Shown here: in pieces, positions 8,225-17,403 of the stretch
How positions within the stretch are numbered: the first letter of the stretch is position 1
Layout: the number at the start of each line of letters is the position of its first letter
IMG/VR virus record: IMGVR_UViG_3300017912_001074
Span: 1-29,188 of that record
From: a virus
Lineage: Duplodnaviria > Caudoviricetes
Reading direction: 5' to 3' (one strand)
DNA length: 29,188 nt
Translations under genes and position numbers: made by a program
The notes under the pieces: generated by a model
Databases searched by the model: none
The model's input: the letters and a program-made list of their open reading frames with translations, nothing else
What the model was told of the DNA's origin: nothing

Positions 8225-10743
8225 TATACTACTCCTACTCTACCTTTCTGCTGAATTGCATTGTTAATAATACCTGTAATAGTTCCTCTTCTACTAATTA
8301 ACAGTTCGTCAAAACCTTCTGCATCAACTGTGGAGATGTTAAAGTTTACTACAACAGAATCTTGGTTGCCACCCATGCCTTCAATTGCTTGTGCAACTTC
8401 TCTTGGTATAACTGTGCTAGGTTGCTTAGGAACAATTAGCTCTGGTCCATCTTCACCAACAACTGCTTGTTCACCAATTGCAAGAGCACCACCTCTTTGT
8501 CTACCAGTATACTGTTGACTTCTAATTGCGGCCACTTGTGCAAAACCACTAGCTACAACTGCCGCCGCCGCTATAAAGTTAAATGGTGGTGGATAAGTTG
8601 CAAGTGCTTTGGTTGCACCAGCGTATGTGTTCATAATTGCGTTTGCAATATTGAATGCTTTTGCCGCTTCAAATGCTTTTTTGTTTGCTGTGCCTAGTGC
8701 ATCAAAAAACTTACCAGCTTGTTGAATACCAAATTGATATTTTTCAAATTCTGATTTCTTTTCAAATTCTATTCTGTCATTTACAATGCCTTCTGTTCTT
8801 TCTTCTTGACCTTTGCGTTGTAAAAATTCTTTATCACTTGCACTTAATTGTTTTGCAATAGCACTTTCGCTTGCACGAAGTCTTTTTTGTAGACTTTGCA
8901 TATAGTATGAATCTTGTCTATCTTGAGCTTCTTTGAATAACCTTTCTATCTCCATATTGTAGGCCATATTCAAAGATTGTAGTGCTTGTAATCTTTCTTC
9001 TTCTTTTTTGTAACTAGCTTCTGCAATAGCATCTTGACTATCAGCATATGCTTTTTCTAATTCATTTAGAGATTTAACAAGTGCAAACGGATCTAAAGAA
9101 GTTGCCGCTTTTGTTAGATCTTCTTGAATTTTTGCAAGGCGTTTTGTAGTTTCTGCTTGCTCTTTGATACTTGCAGTAGCTCTGTCAGTGTTACTAACAA
9201 TTTTAGGAAGTTGTATGTTAGTTTCTTCTAGTGCATCATTTTTAAGAATAGTTGCTTCATATTCTTTTCTTGCCGCGGCCTGTGCTTCATCATAACTTAG
9301 ACCTGCTTCTTGATATGTCTTTGTAAGATCTGCTAATAAACTATTACTTGCTTCTGTTGCCTGTTGCACAAGTTCACTTGTGCTGATGTATTTTGTAAGT
9401 TCTTCAACATTTTCTTCTACTGCTAGACTTACAGCATTGAAACCTTCTACAGCAACATCTGCAACAGCATTACGCATACTTTCACTTGTTGCTTTTATAA
9501 TTGGATCCATACCTAAGAAGTCAGCAATAGCATTGATACCATCAATTATGCCATTTACAAAACTGTCAAATGCATCAGTAACTGTTCTTATAATTTTGTG
9601 GAAACTGTCTTTTAAGAATTTGCCAACTGCCGCAAACACTTCACCAAGTTTGTTCATAACAGCACTAACTTGTGCAATGGTTCTACCTAAACCATTCTCC
9701 ATGCTTAGATATGTGATTGCACTGGCGGCCGCTACAGCAATTAGTCCAATAGGATTTCTTGCTAGTGCAATAGTAAGAGCTTTGACTCCTTTGGTTACAC
9801 TAGATAAGACTGCTACTAATCCTGCACCACCTAATACTGCTATTGCAATTTGTGCACCTTCTAAGAACAATGCAAAATTAAAGTTTGTTTCTTTTAAGAA
9901 TTTTGTAAATTGAAATACTGCAAATCCTAGATTTTCACCTATTTGTCTTGCTAGGGGAACAACTCTTGCCAATGCATCATTTAGTAGATTGACAAGTTCT
10001 GTCATTGCTCCACCAAATCCACCTGCACCTACTGCGTCTTGAACATTTTGGAAACCAATCTGCATGTTTGATAATGCAGTTGATAGGTTGTTTACTCTTT
10101 CAGCTGTTGCACCGCCAAAACTTTCATTCAATCCTTCAACAAGTGCATCTGTAATTTTTTGTGCACCTTCAGCAGTCTTACCAAACTCTGATATTTCTAA
10201 TCTAGTGATACCTAACTGTTCTTCTAGTATACGGAATACAGGTATACCTCTATCTGCTAGTCTGTTAAGTTCTTCTAGACCTAAACCACCTGATGTAGTT
10301 CTTGCAAATAGATCTGTAATGGCAGTCAACGAACCTATTTGATCCGTTGTTACTGCCGCTGTATCTGTAAATGTAGTAAGAAGTTGTTCTGTAGGTTCAA
10401 TACCAGCGGCCTTTAGTTTTATAAAAGTCTCTGATAGTTGATCAACACCAAACTGTGTTTTTGTTGCAAACTGACTTACAAAATCAAATGCTTCTGCACC
10501 TGCTCTTGCACTTCCTGTAACACTTGTTAGTGCTGTTCTTAGATCTTGAAATCTTGCAGTTGTAGCAATGACACCTCTTACGAGATTGGCACCACCAATA
10601 GCACCTAATGCCGCGGCCGCAAGGCCAGCAACCTTATTGACACTTAGTAAACTACCTTCTAAACCTTGTAAACGCCTATCAATATTACCTAAGGCATTTT
10701 TGGTTTTATCGTTTACGCGGACGTCTATTGTTTGTGTTGCCAT
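8224..10743 (-). CDS. tail tape measure protein
   Basis: 839 aa Ala-rich helical protein; tape-measure domain (FATKTQFGVDQL...EELNRLADRGIPV); C-terminal VGEDGPELIVP. Implies a tail of roughly 125 nm at ~0.15 nm/residue. Confidence 0.92.
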   Translation of the reverse strand: MATQTIDVRVNDKTKNALGNIDRRLQGLEGSLLSVNKVAGLAAAALGAIGGANLVRGVIATTARFQDLRTALTSVTGSARAGAEAFDFVSQFATKTQFGVDQLSETFIKLKAAGIEPTEQLLTTFTDTAAVTTDQIGSLTAITDLFARTTSGGLGLEELNRLADRGIPVFRILEEQLGITRLEISEFGKTAEGAQKITDALVEGLNESFGGATAERVNNLSTALSNMQIGFQNVQDAVGAGGFGGAMTELVNLLNDALARVVPLARQIGENLGFAVFQFTKFLKETNFNFALFLEGAQIAIAVLGGAGLVAVLSSVTKGVKALTIALARNPIGLIAVAAASAITYLSMENGLGRTIAQVSAVMNKLGEVFAAVGKFLKDSFHKIIRTVTDAFDSFVNGIIDGINAIADFLGMDPIIKATSESMRNAVADVAVEGFNAVSLAVEENVEELTKYISTSELVQQATEASNSLLADLTKTYQEAGLSYDEAQAAARKEYEATILKNDALEETNIQLPKIVSNTDRATASIKEQAETTKRLAKIQEDLTKAATSLDPFALVKSLNELEKAYADSQDAIAEASYKKEEERLQALQSLNMAYNMEIERLFKEAQDRQDSYYMQSLQKRLRASESAIAKQLSASDKEFLQRKGQEERTEGIVNDRIEFEKKSEFEKYQFGIQQAGKFFDALGTANKKAFEAAKAFNIANAIMNTYAGATKALATYPPPFNFIAAAAVVASGFAQVAAIRSQQYTGRQRGGALAIGEQAVVGEDGPELIVPKQPSTVIPREVAQAIEGMGGNQDSVVVNFNISTVDAEGFDELLISRRGTITGIINNAIQQKGRVGVV

Positions 10744-10885
10744 GCTTCATTGTCTCCTGTTGGATACGAAAATATTCATACCACAATTTTATTTCAAGGA
10801 CGCTGAGTTGCATTACTTCTTCTATGCTCTTGCCTAGAGTTTCTGCTATTCTCATTAGCAGTTGTAACTCAACATCCTGTTTTAG
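10706..10885 (-). CDS. tail assembly chaperone C-terminal extension (gpT-like, reached by -1 frameshift; not in ORF track)
   Basis: The -1 frame after the slippery A AAA AAC reads LKQDVELQLLMRIAETLGKSIEEVMQLSVLEIKLWYEYFRIQQETMKHGNTNNRRPRKR*. Confidence 0.8.
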   Translation of the reverse strand, partial: LKQDVELQLLMRIAETLGKSIEEVMQLSVLEIKLWYEYFRIQQETMKHGNTNNRRPRKR

Positions 10886-11220
10886 TTTTTTTCTACACCC
10901 TCATATTCTTGGGTAGCAGAATTCAACTTGCCTGCAACTCTTAATAACACTGCTGGGTCAGCTTCATACATTAACATGTTACGATCTGAACTTTGGAACA
11001 ATGGTTTGCCATCTGGATCTAATGCTTTTAGAATGATGCTTTCAACCAATGCTTCTACAGTCTTACCTTGTTGCTGTAAACTTATTATTTTAGATTCTAC
11101 AGCAAAGCTGTATGCACTTTTATAGAAGATGTCTGTCTTCCATTCATCTACTGTTACTTTGTTTAAATCACCACCAAGTTTTTCCTTGAAGTGGGTTTTT
11201 ATGTTGTCCTTTAGACTCAT
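10882..11220 (-). CDS. tail assembly chaperone (gpG-like)
   Basis: Between tail tube and tape measure; KALDPDGKPLF motif; ends GAA AAA AAC TAA. Confidence 0.82.
   Translation of the reverse strand: MSLKDNIKTHFKEKLGGDLNKVTVDEWKTDIFYKSAYSFAVESKIISLQQQGKTVEALVESIILKALDPDGKPLFQSSDRNMLMYEADPAVLLRVAGKLNSATQEYEGVEKN
10885..10891 (-). other. programmed -1 frameshift heptamer A AAA AAC
   Basis: X XXY YYZ heptamer just before the chaperone stop codon, with an open -1 frame. Confidence 0.8.
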
Positions 11221-11510
11221 TTATATCTCCTTCTAGATATCTCCCTTGTGGTAGGTCCTAGAATACCACGAGGTGCTTGTTTGGATCGCCCTTTTTCTAG
11301 GTATGGTATGTGTTGGACACGGTTGGCAATGCGGATATCGTCACCCACATTTTCACGACGCCAACCTGCTCTTGCAGTGCCCTTGTCAATTGGTGTGTTG
11401 CGTTTTGCAACAACCAGAGTATCGTCAGCGATCTCGCCCATAATACGGTCTTTTTCTCGTTCAAGACCGCGCATGGTTTCTTTTATCCCGTGAACGGATA
11501 TGCTAATCAT
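11217..11510 (-). CDS. HK97 gp10-like tail completion protein
   Basis: RNTPIDKGTARAGWR...YLEKGRSKQAPRG motif. Confidence 0.8.
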   Translation of the reverse strand: MISISVHGIKETMRGLEREKDRIMGEIADDTLVVAKRNTPIDKGTARAGWRRENVGDDIRIANRVQHIPYLEKGRSKQAPRGILGPTTREISRRRYK

Positions 11511-11513
11511 AGA

Positions 11514-11927
11514 TTATACGCTCTCTATGTCCATAGCGCCTGTTCCTTGGAAAGAAACACTTGCTGTGATTAAGTCATCAAATGATGCTGTTCTTGAAAC
11601 AGATGTTACAAGCACTTGACCTGTAAATTTTTCACCTGTTGCAGTTGATGGATAAAACTCAACATAGAGTGCACCATCGTTGTCAGGACGGAAAGCATCG
11701 CCGTATGTTGCATCACCTGAGTGAGTGCTATCATAGACTACTTCCATAGTTCCTGTAAACTGGTGTAGACCAGCTTTGTATGTTCTTGCCGCGTCGCCCA
11801 TAACAGTGTCTTCAATCACATCTTTTGTGTGTTCAACTGTCCAGGAACGAACTTCAGCAACTTGTGCTTCACCAGCGGAATCGCTTCCAATGTATACAGC
11901 ACCGTTTTCACCTGTAAATGTCGCCAT
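11514..11927 (-). CDS. major tail (tube) protein
   Basis: MATFTGENGAV...AEVRSWT...EDTVMGD...SVSFQGTG; synteny; contains DSAG. Confidence 0.85.
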   Translation of the reverse strand: MATFTGENGAVYIGSDSAGEAQVAEVRSWTVEHTKDVIEDTVMGDAARTYKAGLHQFTGTMEVVYDSTHSGDATYGDAFRPDNDGALYVEFYPSTATGEKFTGQVLVTSVSRTASFDDLITASVSFQGTGAMDIESV

Positions 11928-11930
11928 AAT

Positions 11931-12209
11931 TTAGTCCTCCTTTTTGGCAGTTTCATCATCGTCAATGAAACCTTCTTCTGAGTCTGCCCAATCTTCTTGT
12001 GCAGGATTCCAGTCGTCAGTCTCCTCAACGACTTCTGAAGTCACTTGAGCGTCAGCTGTAATTTTGTTCTTACTTGCTTTAGCTGGTGACTTTTTTTCAG
12101 GAGCAGGTTGTTTTTCACTCCAACCTAACTCAAGAAATCTTTGTAGACGATCGCTTTCAACTTTTTGCCAAGCATCGTCTTTGTATATTTTTACATATTT
12201 TATTGGCAT
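11931..12209 (-). CDS. hypothetical protein with acidic tail
   Basis: 92 aa, tightly packed between tail terminator and tail tube genes. Confidence 0.65.
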   Translation of the reverse strand: MPIKYVKIYKDDAWQKVESDRLQRFLELGWSEKQPAPEKKSPAKASKNKITADAQVTSEVVEETDDWNPAQEDWADSEEGFIDDDETAKKED

Positions 12210-12658
12210 TATACTGCTCCTTTAGTGAATGAATATTGAACTTCAGCAGTCAAAACAAATTCACCTAATGGTGCTGTTCTTTCTATGATTTCAATATTTG
12301 TTACATGAGTAGTTGAGGCCCTAGCTGTTGCTAGTTCTCTGTCTCTATTGGCATTGAGGGCCTCTTCAATGCGTTCAATAAGTAAATTTCTTTTTTCGTC
12401 TACAGTTTGGACAAAACCTTTTCGTCCATCTGAACGCACGAATCCTCTAATAGTCACCTCCATGGTGCCTCTTCTATAACCGCCCATTGCACGGTCTTCG
12501 CGAGTTTCGTTGCCGCTTGTAACCAATACAGCGGGAAACTGTGTAATTGCTAATTTTTCTAGATCAAAAGGTTCTCTAGTAATGAAACTAGGTCTTGGTG
12601 GATCCATGTCCTCCAACACTTCTATTATGTTTTTGATTATATCTTCTCTGTTTGACAT
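12209..12658 (-). CDS. tail terminator / completion protein
   Basis: MSNREDIIKNI..., FPAVLVTSGNETRED, LIERIEEAL; position in the head-tail module. Confidence 0.7.
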   Translation of the reverse strand: MSNREDIIKNIIEVLEDMDPPRPSFITREPFDLEKLAITQFPAVLVTSGNETREDRAMGGYRRGTMEVTIRGFVRSDGRKGFVQTVDEKRNLLIERIEEALNANRDRELATARASTTHVTNIEIIERTAPLGEFVLTAEVQYSFTKGAV

Positions 12659-12664
12659 TGCCTA

Positions 12665-13120
12665 CTACCTTTTTAGGCGTAGGTAATGAGTAGGTTCTCT
12701 TTCAGCAGTATCTACTGTGCCTGAACTATCTGCATCATATTCCACGCCATCTCTAAGAACAAGATCTAATTCACGAGCATATTCTGCTCTGTAAAAGTCC
12801 ATTTTTCTTTCAAACAGATCTGTTTCTGGTTCAAATTTTGCTAACTTTGGATAAATGTGGAAACCTAACGCATGATAACACGCCGCACGAGTAAGTTGAC
12901 TTGCAGTAAACAAGTCTTCATCTGGTTCTTGTTGTCCAGAAGCAAGATATTTTAGATCATATAGGCCAGTTTGATATGTAGGCCACCATTGTATTCGTAG
13001 ATCTCTGAATACATCGTTTTGTGCTTTTGTTAGTTCGTCAGTGAAATCAGGTATACCAAAAGAAAGTATATCTGGTTCGTATTCTTCTACATCAGTAATC
13101 GTCGCTAATGTAATTGCCAT
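12665..13120 (-). CDS. head-tail adaptor / head completion protein
   Basis: First gene after the capsid gene; C-terminal GVEYDADSSGTVD; AAGGAGG RBS. Confidence 0.7.
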   Translation of the reverse strand: MAITLATITDVEEYEPDILSFGIPDFTDELTKAQNDVFRDLRIQWWPTYQTGLYDLKYLASGQQEPDEDLFTASQLTRAACYHALGFHIYPKLAKFEPETDLFERKMDFYRAEYARELDLVLRDGVEYDADSSGTVDTAEREPTHYLRLKR

Positions 13121-13187
13121 GAGGTTCTGCCTCCTTAAAATTAAAGGTGATAGTCCTTCTATCTACCCAAGTTATTTGTTATAATGT

Positions 13188-13193
13188 TATTTA
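13188..13193 (-). promoter_or_regulatory. TAAATA late-type promoter motif for the tail operon
   Basis: GCTAAATA located downstream of the capsid terminator and upstream of the adaptor gene. Confidence 0.5.
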
Positions 13194-13206
13194 GCAGTTA
13201 GTATGA

Positions 13207-13230
13207 TTTACCCTATGATATGAGGGTAAA
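13207..13230. repeat. 8 bp inverted repeat TTTACCCT-N8-AGGGTAAA
   Basis: Seen directly between the terminator and the TAAATA motif. Confidence 0.5.
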
Positions 13231-13234
13231 AGGT

Positions 13235-13260
13235 AAGAAAAGGGCCCGTAGGCCCTTTCC
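13235..13260 (-). terminator. Rho-independent terminator after the major capsid gene
   Basis: Minus strand reads AAAGGGCC-UACG-GGCCCUUUUCUU: GC stem, UNCG tetraloop, U tract. Confidence 0.8.
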
Positions 13261-13319
13261 TCTATGGTATATTTGCTATACTATTTCTAAAGGATATTAA
13301 CAAATAGCACAGTTATTTA

Positions 13320-14165
13320 TTATAACTGAGCGTCTCCAATAATACCAACGCCATAAGCGTCAAATAGTTCACCTACTCCGTAGGCCATAGAACCTACATA
13401 TTCAGTTGCTCTTAAAGAAGCATCTCTTTGCTCTTCAATACGCATGTTACGCTTAACCATGTAACCAATAGCATCTGAAGACATTGCCGCACCAACAAAT
13501 GCACCAGCTGAGTCGCCAGTTACAACAGTTGATTCAAAAATGTCAATACCAGCTATTCTACCAACGAAACCGTCTTGTAGCGCAATGTTACCTACATCAC
13601 TTAGGTTGTGTGACATAGTTGCACCTGCGTTAGTTAACTGTTTCTTGATTTGGAATGCTTGGTATGGATGTAGCACAGCTACATATGGTCCAGGAGCATT
13701 GTTGTTTCTTAGTGTTGCCGCCGCTTTGAATAAGTCTTCAATAGTGATTTCTGCCGCACCTGATCCAACAGTGTTTGAGAAACCGCTGAATAATGCCGCT
13801 AAATCTTCGTCAACTTTCTTCGCCATGCCTTCACCAATCTGACGACCAATTGCCGCCGCAACATCTTCTGCCGCGCCTTCTCTTGCGATGTCAGTTAGTG
13901 TAACATTCACGCCAACTTCTGCCGCTGTTAGTGTAGCAACATCTGTTGAGAATGAAGTTGGACTTGAAAGGTCTGTGCCTTCTGCAACACCTGCCGCCGC
14001 GATAGTTCCGTATTTTGGAATCTGCGCAACAAGACCTGGTGTGTTTGTCATGTCGTAATTTCTTACCAGCGGACGAATGACTGTCTGCTCACTTAGTGTG
14101 AACAAGGCCGCTTGAACTATATTTGCATATAGATCATTTAAGGTAGTTGTAGTTGAAACTGCCAT
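13320..14165 (-). CDS. major capsid protein
   Basis: 281 aa downstream of the scaffold; QIPKY, MAKKVDEDL, AVLHPYQ, GRIAGIDIFES and IEEQRDASLRATE motifs of HK97-fold capsids; contains DSAG. Confidence 0.9.
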   Translation of the reverse strand: MAVSTTTTLNDLYANIVQAALFTLSEQTVIRPLVRNYDMTNTPGLVAQIPKYGTIAAAGVAEGTDLSSPTSFSTDVATLTAAEVGVNVTLTDIAREGAAEDVAAAIGRQIGEGMAKKVDEDLAALFSGFSNTVGSGAAEITIEDLFKAAATLRNNNAPGPYVAVLHPYQAFQIKKQLTNAGATMSHNLSDVGNIALQDGFVGRIAGIDIFESTVVTGDSAGAFVGAAMSSDAIGYMVKRNMRIEEQRDASLRATEYVGSMAYGVGELFDAYGVGIIGDAQL

Positions 14166-14185
14166 TTTTGTCTCCTTGTGTCAGT

Positions 14186-14890
14186 TTATATTCTTACACC
14201 TTTTGCTTTCATTATCTCACGATACTGTAAGCGGTGTTCTGGATTATTCATGTCCAGTTTTGTTACATCATTGTCTACCACAGGAGGTTGTTTACCTACA
14301 CCTTGTCCTGTTCCAGCACCAGTTGGTCCTGCTTGGACGAAATGCGGATTTGCTGTAAGGAATTCATTTACTAGGGTAGATACAGATAATGGATTACCAC
14401 TTTCGTCATATCTAACCTGGCCATTTGCATCAATGACATCAACAGCACCTGCTTCATTTAGCTTAATTTGCGATTTCAACAGTTGCACCACTTGTTGTGG
14501 ATTTACTGCTTTTGCCGCACTTGCTTCATTTAGCAATGCACCATCAACTTTGATAGTATGCAATTCAGTTTCATACTGTTGAATTTTGCCTGTGAATTTC
14601 TCCGCCTGCTCTTTCAACAATTTTTCAAACTCGCCGCGTTTTTCTAATTCTTCTTGGCGTGCTTGTTCCTGTTTGCCTACTAGCTCATTGTATAGATCAA
14701 GATCAACATTTGAATATTTCTTTTCAAACTTTGCTCTTTCTCTTGCTACCCTTTCTGCTACAATACGATTTACATCATCTTGTGACAGTGAAGGTTCTTC
14801 CTTAACAGTTTCCTGTGTGTTTGCGACCTGCTGTTCTGTTTGTGGAGAAGCAGTTGTCTCCGTTTCATTTACCGCTGATTCTGCGTTCAT
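14186..14890 (-). CDS. capsid scaffolding protein
   Basis: SQDDVNRIVAERVARERAK coiled coil, NPHFV...GAG C-terminus; directly upstream of the capsid gene. Confidence 0.85.
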   Translation of the reverse strand: MNAESAVNETETTASPQTEQQVANTQETVKEEPSLSQDDVNRIVAERVARERAKFEKKYSNVDLDLYNELVGKQEQARQEELEKRGEFEKLLKEQAEKFTGKIQQYETELHTIKVDGALLNEASAAKAVNPQQVVQLLKSQIKLNEAGAVDVIDANGQVRYDESGNPLSVSTLVNEFLTANPHFVQAGPTGAGTGQGVGKQPPVVDNDVTKLDMNNPEHRLQYREIMKAKGVRI

Positions 14891-14950
14891 TTTATTACCT
14901 CTTTCGTTATGAGTTGAGTCTACTCCCTGCCCTCATAAGCAGTATGTTAT

Positions 14951-14958
14951 TATTTATA
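14951..14958 (-). promoter_or_regulatory. T4-late-like promoter TATAAATA for scaffold/capsid
   Basis: Exact TATAAATA in the intergenic gap upstream of the scaffold gene. Confidence 0.55.
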
Positions 14959-14977
14959 CAAATGTATAAAAAATCCT

Positions 14978-15166
14978 TTATTTACGACGTCTTCCGCCGC
15001 GCATAGGTTTTCTTCCACCACGCATTGATTTCTTTTTGTCGTCTTTTTTCTTCTTTCTTCCACCACGCATTGCCATGATAGTCCCTCCTAATCTTAGTTT
15101 AAACTTGCGTCTACTAGGACGCTCTCCTACTACACCACCTAGAGTTGAACTTGTAGATACTGTCAT
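14978..15166 (-). CDS. small Arg/Lys-rich (protamine-like) protein
   Basis: ATGA overlap start at 15166; internal ATG at 15076 with TAGGAGGG RBS gives MAMRGGRKKKKDDKKKSMRGGRKPMRGGRRRK. Confidence 0.6.
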   Translation of the reverse strand: MTVSTSSTLGGVVGERPSRRKFKLRLGGTIMAMRGGRKKKKDDKKKSMRGGRKPMRGGRRRK

Positions 15167-15450
15167 TTTTTCAATATCCTTTTGGCCCAACTTAGTCCAG
15201 CATTACCACCCCAACCTAAGTATGCTTGGGTGCCTGGTGTATTCTTGCCTGGTTTGTAGTATGCCTTTGCCCTACTAAGATAACTGAATGTGCGTTCTAC
15301 TGTTTGTAGACTAACATTCTTACCTTTGGCGAATTGATTAGCTCTGGCCAATCCAACTGCTGTCATGCCTTTAGCACTTTTGGGTGCCCTCTCCCTTAGT
15401 GCTAGTGCTTTCTTGGCATTTCGTTGCATTTGTCTAGTAGGTCTAGGCAT
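15163..15450 (-). CDS. basic hypothetical protein, head-module associated
   Basis: GMTAVGLARANQ...SYLSR...AYLGWGGNAGLSWA pattern resembles a recurrent phage head-region protein of unknown function. Confidence 0.7.
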   Translation of the reverse strand: MPRPTRQMQRNAKKALALRERAPKSAKGMTAVGLARANQFAKGKNVSLQTVERTFSYLSRAKAYYKPGKNTPGTQAYLGWGGNAGLSWAKRILKK

Positions 15451-15472
15451 ATTTCCCCCACGCTCTGCTGTT

Positions 15473-15661
15473 CTACATCACCATGTTGGCAACAACTGCA
15501 ATCAGTTGTGTAAACACAACCAATGCAACAGCGCCTAGTATTTTTTTCATGGTGCTTAAATCTTTTTCCATATGACGTAAATGATTATCTAAAACTAGAT
15601 CTAATTTTTGTTCTAGCAGTGAAAGTCTTTTATCTAAATCTTCATACTGTTTCATCTTCAA
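15473..15661 (-). CDS. small coiled-coil protein with C-terminal transmembrane helix (possibly holin-like)
   Basis: LDNHLRHMEKD then hydrophobic ILGAVALVVFTQLIAVV; GGAGG RBS. Confidence 0.6.
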   Translation of the reverse strand: MKMKQYEDLDKRLSLLEQKLDLVLDNHLRHMEKDLSTMKKILGAVALVVFTQLIAVVANMVM

Positions 15662-15893
15662 AATCCTCCACTAATGTATAATCATTTATTGAATGCATTC
15701 TTTCAAGAATCTCTTTTCTTCTTGCTCTGCACAAATGGAATAGCGTTAAAAGGTTTGCTCTAGCTCTACGGCCTGCTCTTTTACTATTCTTTTGTTCAAA
15801 CTTATGGATGTTTGTATTGTAGTCAGCGAGAACTTCTCTGATCTCTTTTTCAAGACCAAAAATAAATTCTCTATCTGGCACATACTTACCCAT
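15642..15893 (-). CDS. Hc1/histone H1-like basic protein
   Basis: KFEQKNSKRAGRRARANL...RARRKEI resembles the K(G)NKAAGTRARK core of Hc1-like proteins; start reassigned to 15893 (MGKYV), overlapping the portal stop. Confidence 0.55.
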   Translation of the reverse strand: MGKYVPDREFIFGLEKEIREVLADYNTNIHKFEQKNSKRAGRRARANLLTLFHLCRARRKEILERMHSINDYTLVEDFEDETV

Positions 15894-17403
15894 TGTCCTG
15901 TTCACCGTTTGTAAACAAAGCACCTAGCTCTGGATGCAAGTTTTTGATTTCTTCATCTGTGTAACCTGCTTCTACCATTTCTCTAAGATGTGTTACTAGA
16001 TCATCTGCACTTGTAACAGGTGCATGTTCTACTAAGTCCTTAGCTGGTGCTGGCATTTCTTCAATTGATTCTTCAGTGATAGTTTCGTATATTCTGTTGT
16101 CAATTTCTTTATTGATTCTACTATCACCAATGTTTGCTTCTTTTGCTAGTTTTAACATAGCAATATCATTTGCTTTGTCTTGTATTGAGAAGCTACGTGG
16201 ATATTCAATGAATCCATCCCATCTGTTACCTTGATAGATAGACCATAGTCTCCATAGTTGTTCTTCTGCATGTTCTAAATTCATTGCAAAGTCAGCAAGT
16301 CTAGCGTTTAGCATTTGGAATTCTGTTTGTAAACCAATGCCTGACAATCTACGACTTTCTATACTTCTTATACCACCTAGGTTGGCCATTCTATCAATTG
16401 AATCTACTTTTTTAGTAATGCTGTCTAGCACTGCTTCAATTGATGCACCATCTGGTTGTAGCAAATAAGGTTTTAGTCCTGGATCCATACCTTGTGGCAT
16501 TTGCACAATAGATCCTGCGCCTGCACTTGCTTCAGTGTCTGCTGTTTTTACAAGACTTGGGTGGTTAGTAAGTCTAATAATTTGTTCTATTTCTGAATTG
16601 AATTCGTATATTTCTTTTTGAACATCTGCAATATCACCTACTGCACTTATACCTACACCACGCACACTGCTTCTTTGTGCATATACACAAATAGCAGGAA
16701 CACTACCTAAGTCATTTGGAAGTGTTTCAATTAGTTCACCTCTTTTGTCGTCACCGTCAATAAGGTAAATGTTTACTTCAGTAGGTGTGTATTCTCTAAT
16801 ATACTGTTTGTTTTCAATTATTTCTTCTTTAACTTTAAGATAGGTAAGTCTATATAAACCATTTGTTTCTCTTGTGTATTCCCAATCTAAAACATTATCA
16901 GGAGTAAACAAACTAACATAAGGTCTAATACCTTGATCTAATTCTTCTGCTCTTGTGCCTACTTGAACATTGCTTTTGTCTACAATTATCCAACAGTTAC
17001 CGTATACCATTGAGTATGCACTAACATCACGCATGAAAGCAGTGAAACTTCTACCATCAAGATCTGCATCTGCAAGGAAAGGTGCAAGTCCTGGATTAGT
17101 TTCTATGCTTCCAAAATCTCTTTTGATGTCTTTGCGGAACAAGAAACTGTTGTAGATGCCTACAACACTTTTAACATGATTATCAAGTCCTACTTGGCGT
17201 AGTCTTTTTTCATAATCATCTCTTGATTCGTAATAGTATGGTTCTAAGTATCTACCTGCGTAGTAATCAAAACCTCCATTGTAGCTGTCCCCTAAAAAGG
17301 TCCAACGATTTACATAATATTTGTATGCATCATGCGCTTCAGTGATATAATCTACTGCATACCTACTGTCGCCTTTGATGACTCTGTCTCTAATAACGGG
17401 CAT
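15886..17403 (-). CDS. portal protein
   Basis: 505 aa immediately after terL; ADADLDGRS, YGNCWIIVD, RPYVSLFTPDNVLDW and SGIGLQTEF motifs. Confidence 0.9.
   Translation of the reverse strand: MPVIRDRVIKGDSRYAVDYITEAHDAYKYYVNRWTFLGDSYNGGFDYYAGRYLEPYYYESRDDYEKRLRQVGLDNHVKSVVGIYNSFLFRKDIKRDFGSIETNPGLAPFLADADLDGRSFTAFMRDVSAYSMVYGNCWIIVDKSNVQVGTRAEELDQGIRPYVSLFTPDNVLDWEYTRETNGLYRLTYLKVKEEIIENKQYIREYTPTEVNIYLIDGDDKRGELIETLPNDLGSVPAICVYAQRSSVRGVGISAVGDIADVQKEIYEFNSEIEQIIRLTNHPSLVKTADTEASAGAGSIVQMPQGMDPGLKPYLLQPDGASIEAVLDSITKKVDSIDRMANLGGIRSIESRRLSGIGLQTEFQMLNARLADFAMNLEHAEEQLWRLWSIYQGNRWDGFIEYPRSFSIQDKANDIAMLKLAKEANIGDSRINKEIDNRIYETITEESIEEMPAPAKDLVEHAPVTSADDLVTHLREMVEAGYTDEEIKNLHPELGALFTNGEQDNG

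Noticed and set aside
7260-13517. GDSAG in the hub and capsid proteins as an HSL-family esterase nucleophile motif
   Set aside because: Neither protein shows alpha/beta-hydrolase features (no HGGG), and most DSAG copies lack the leading Gly.
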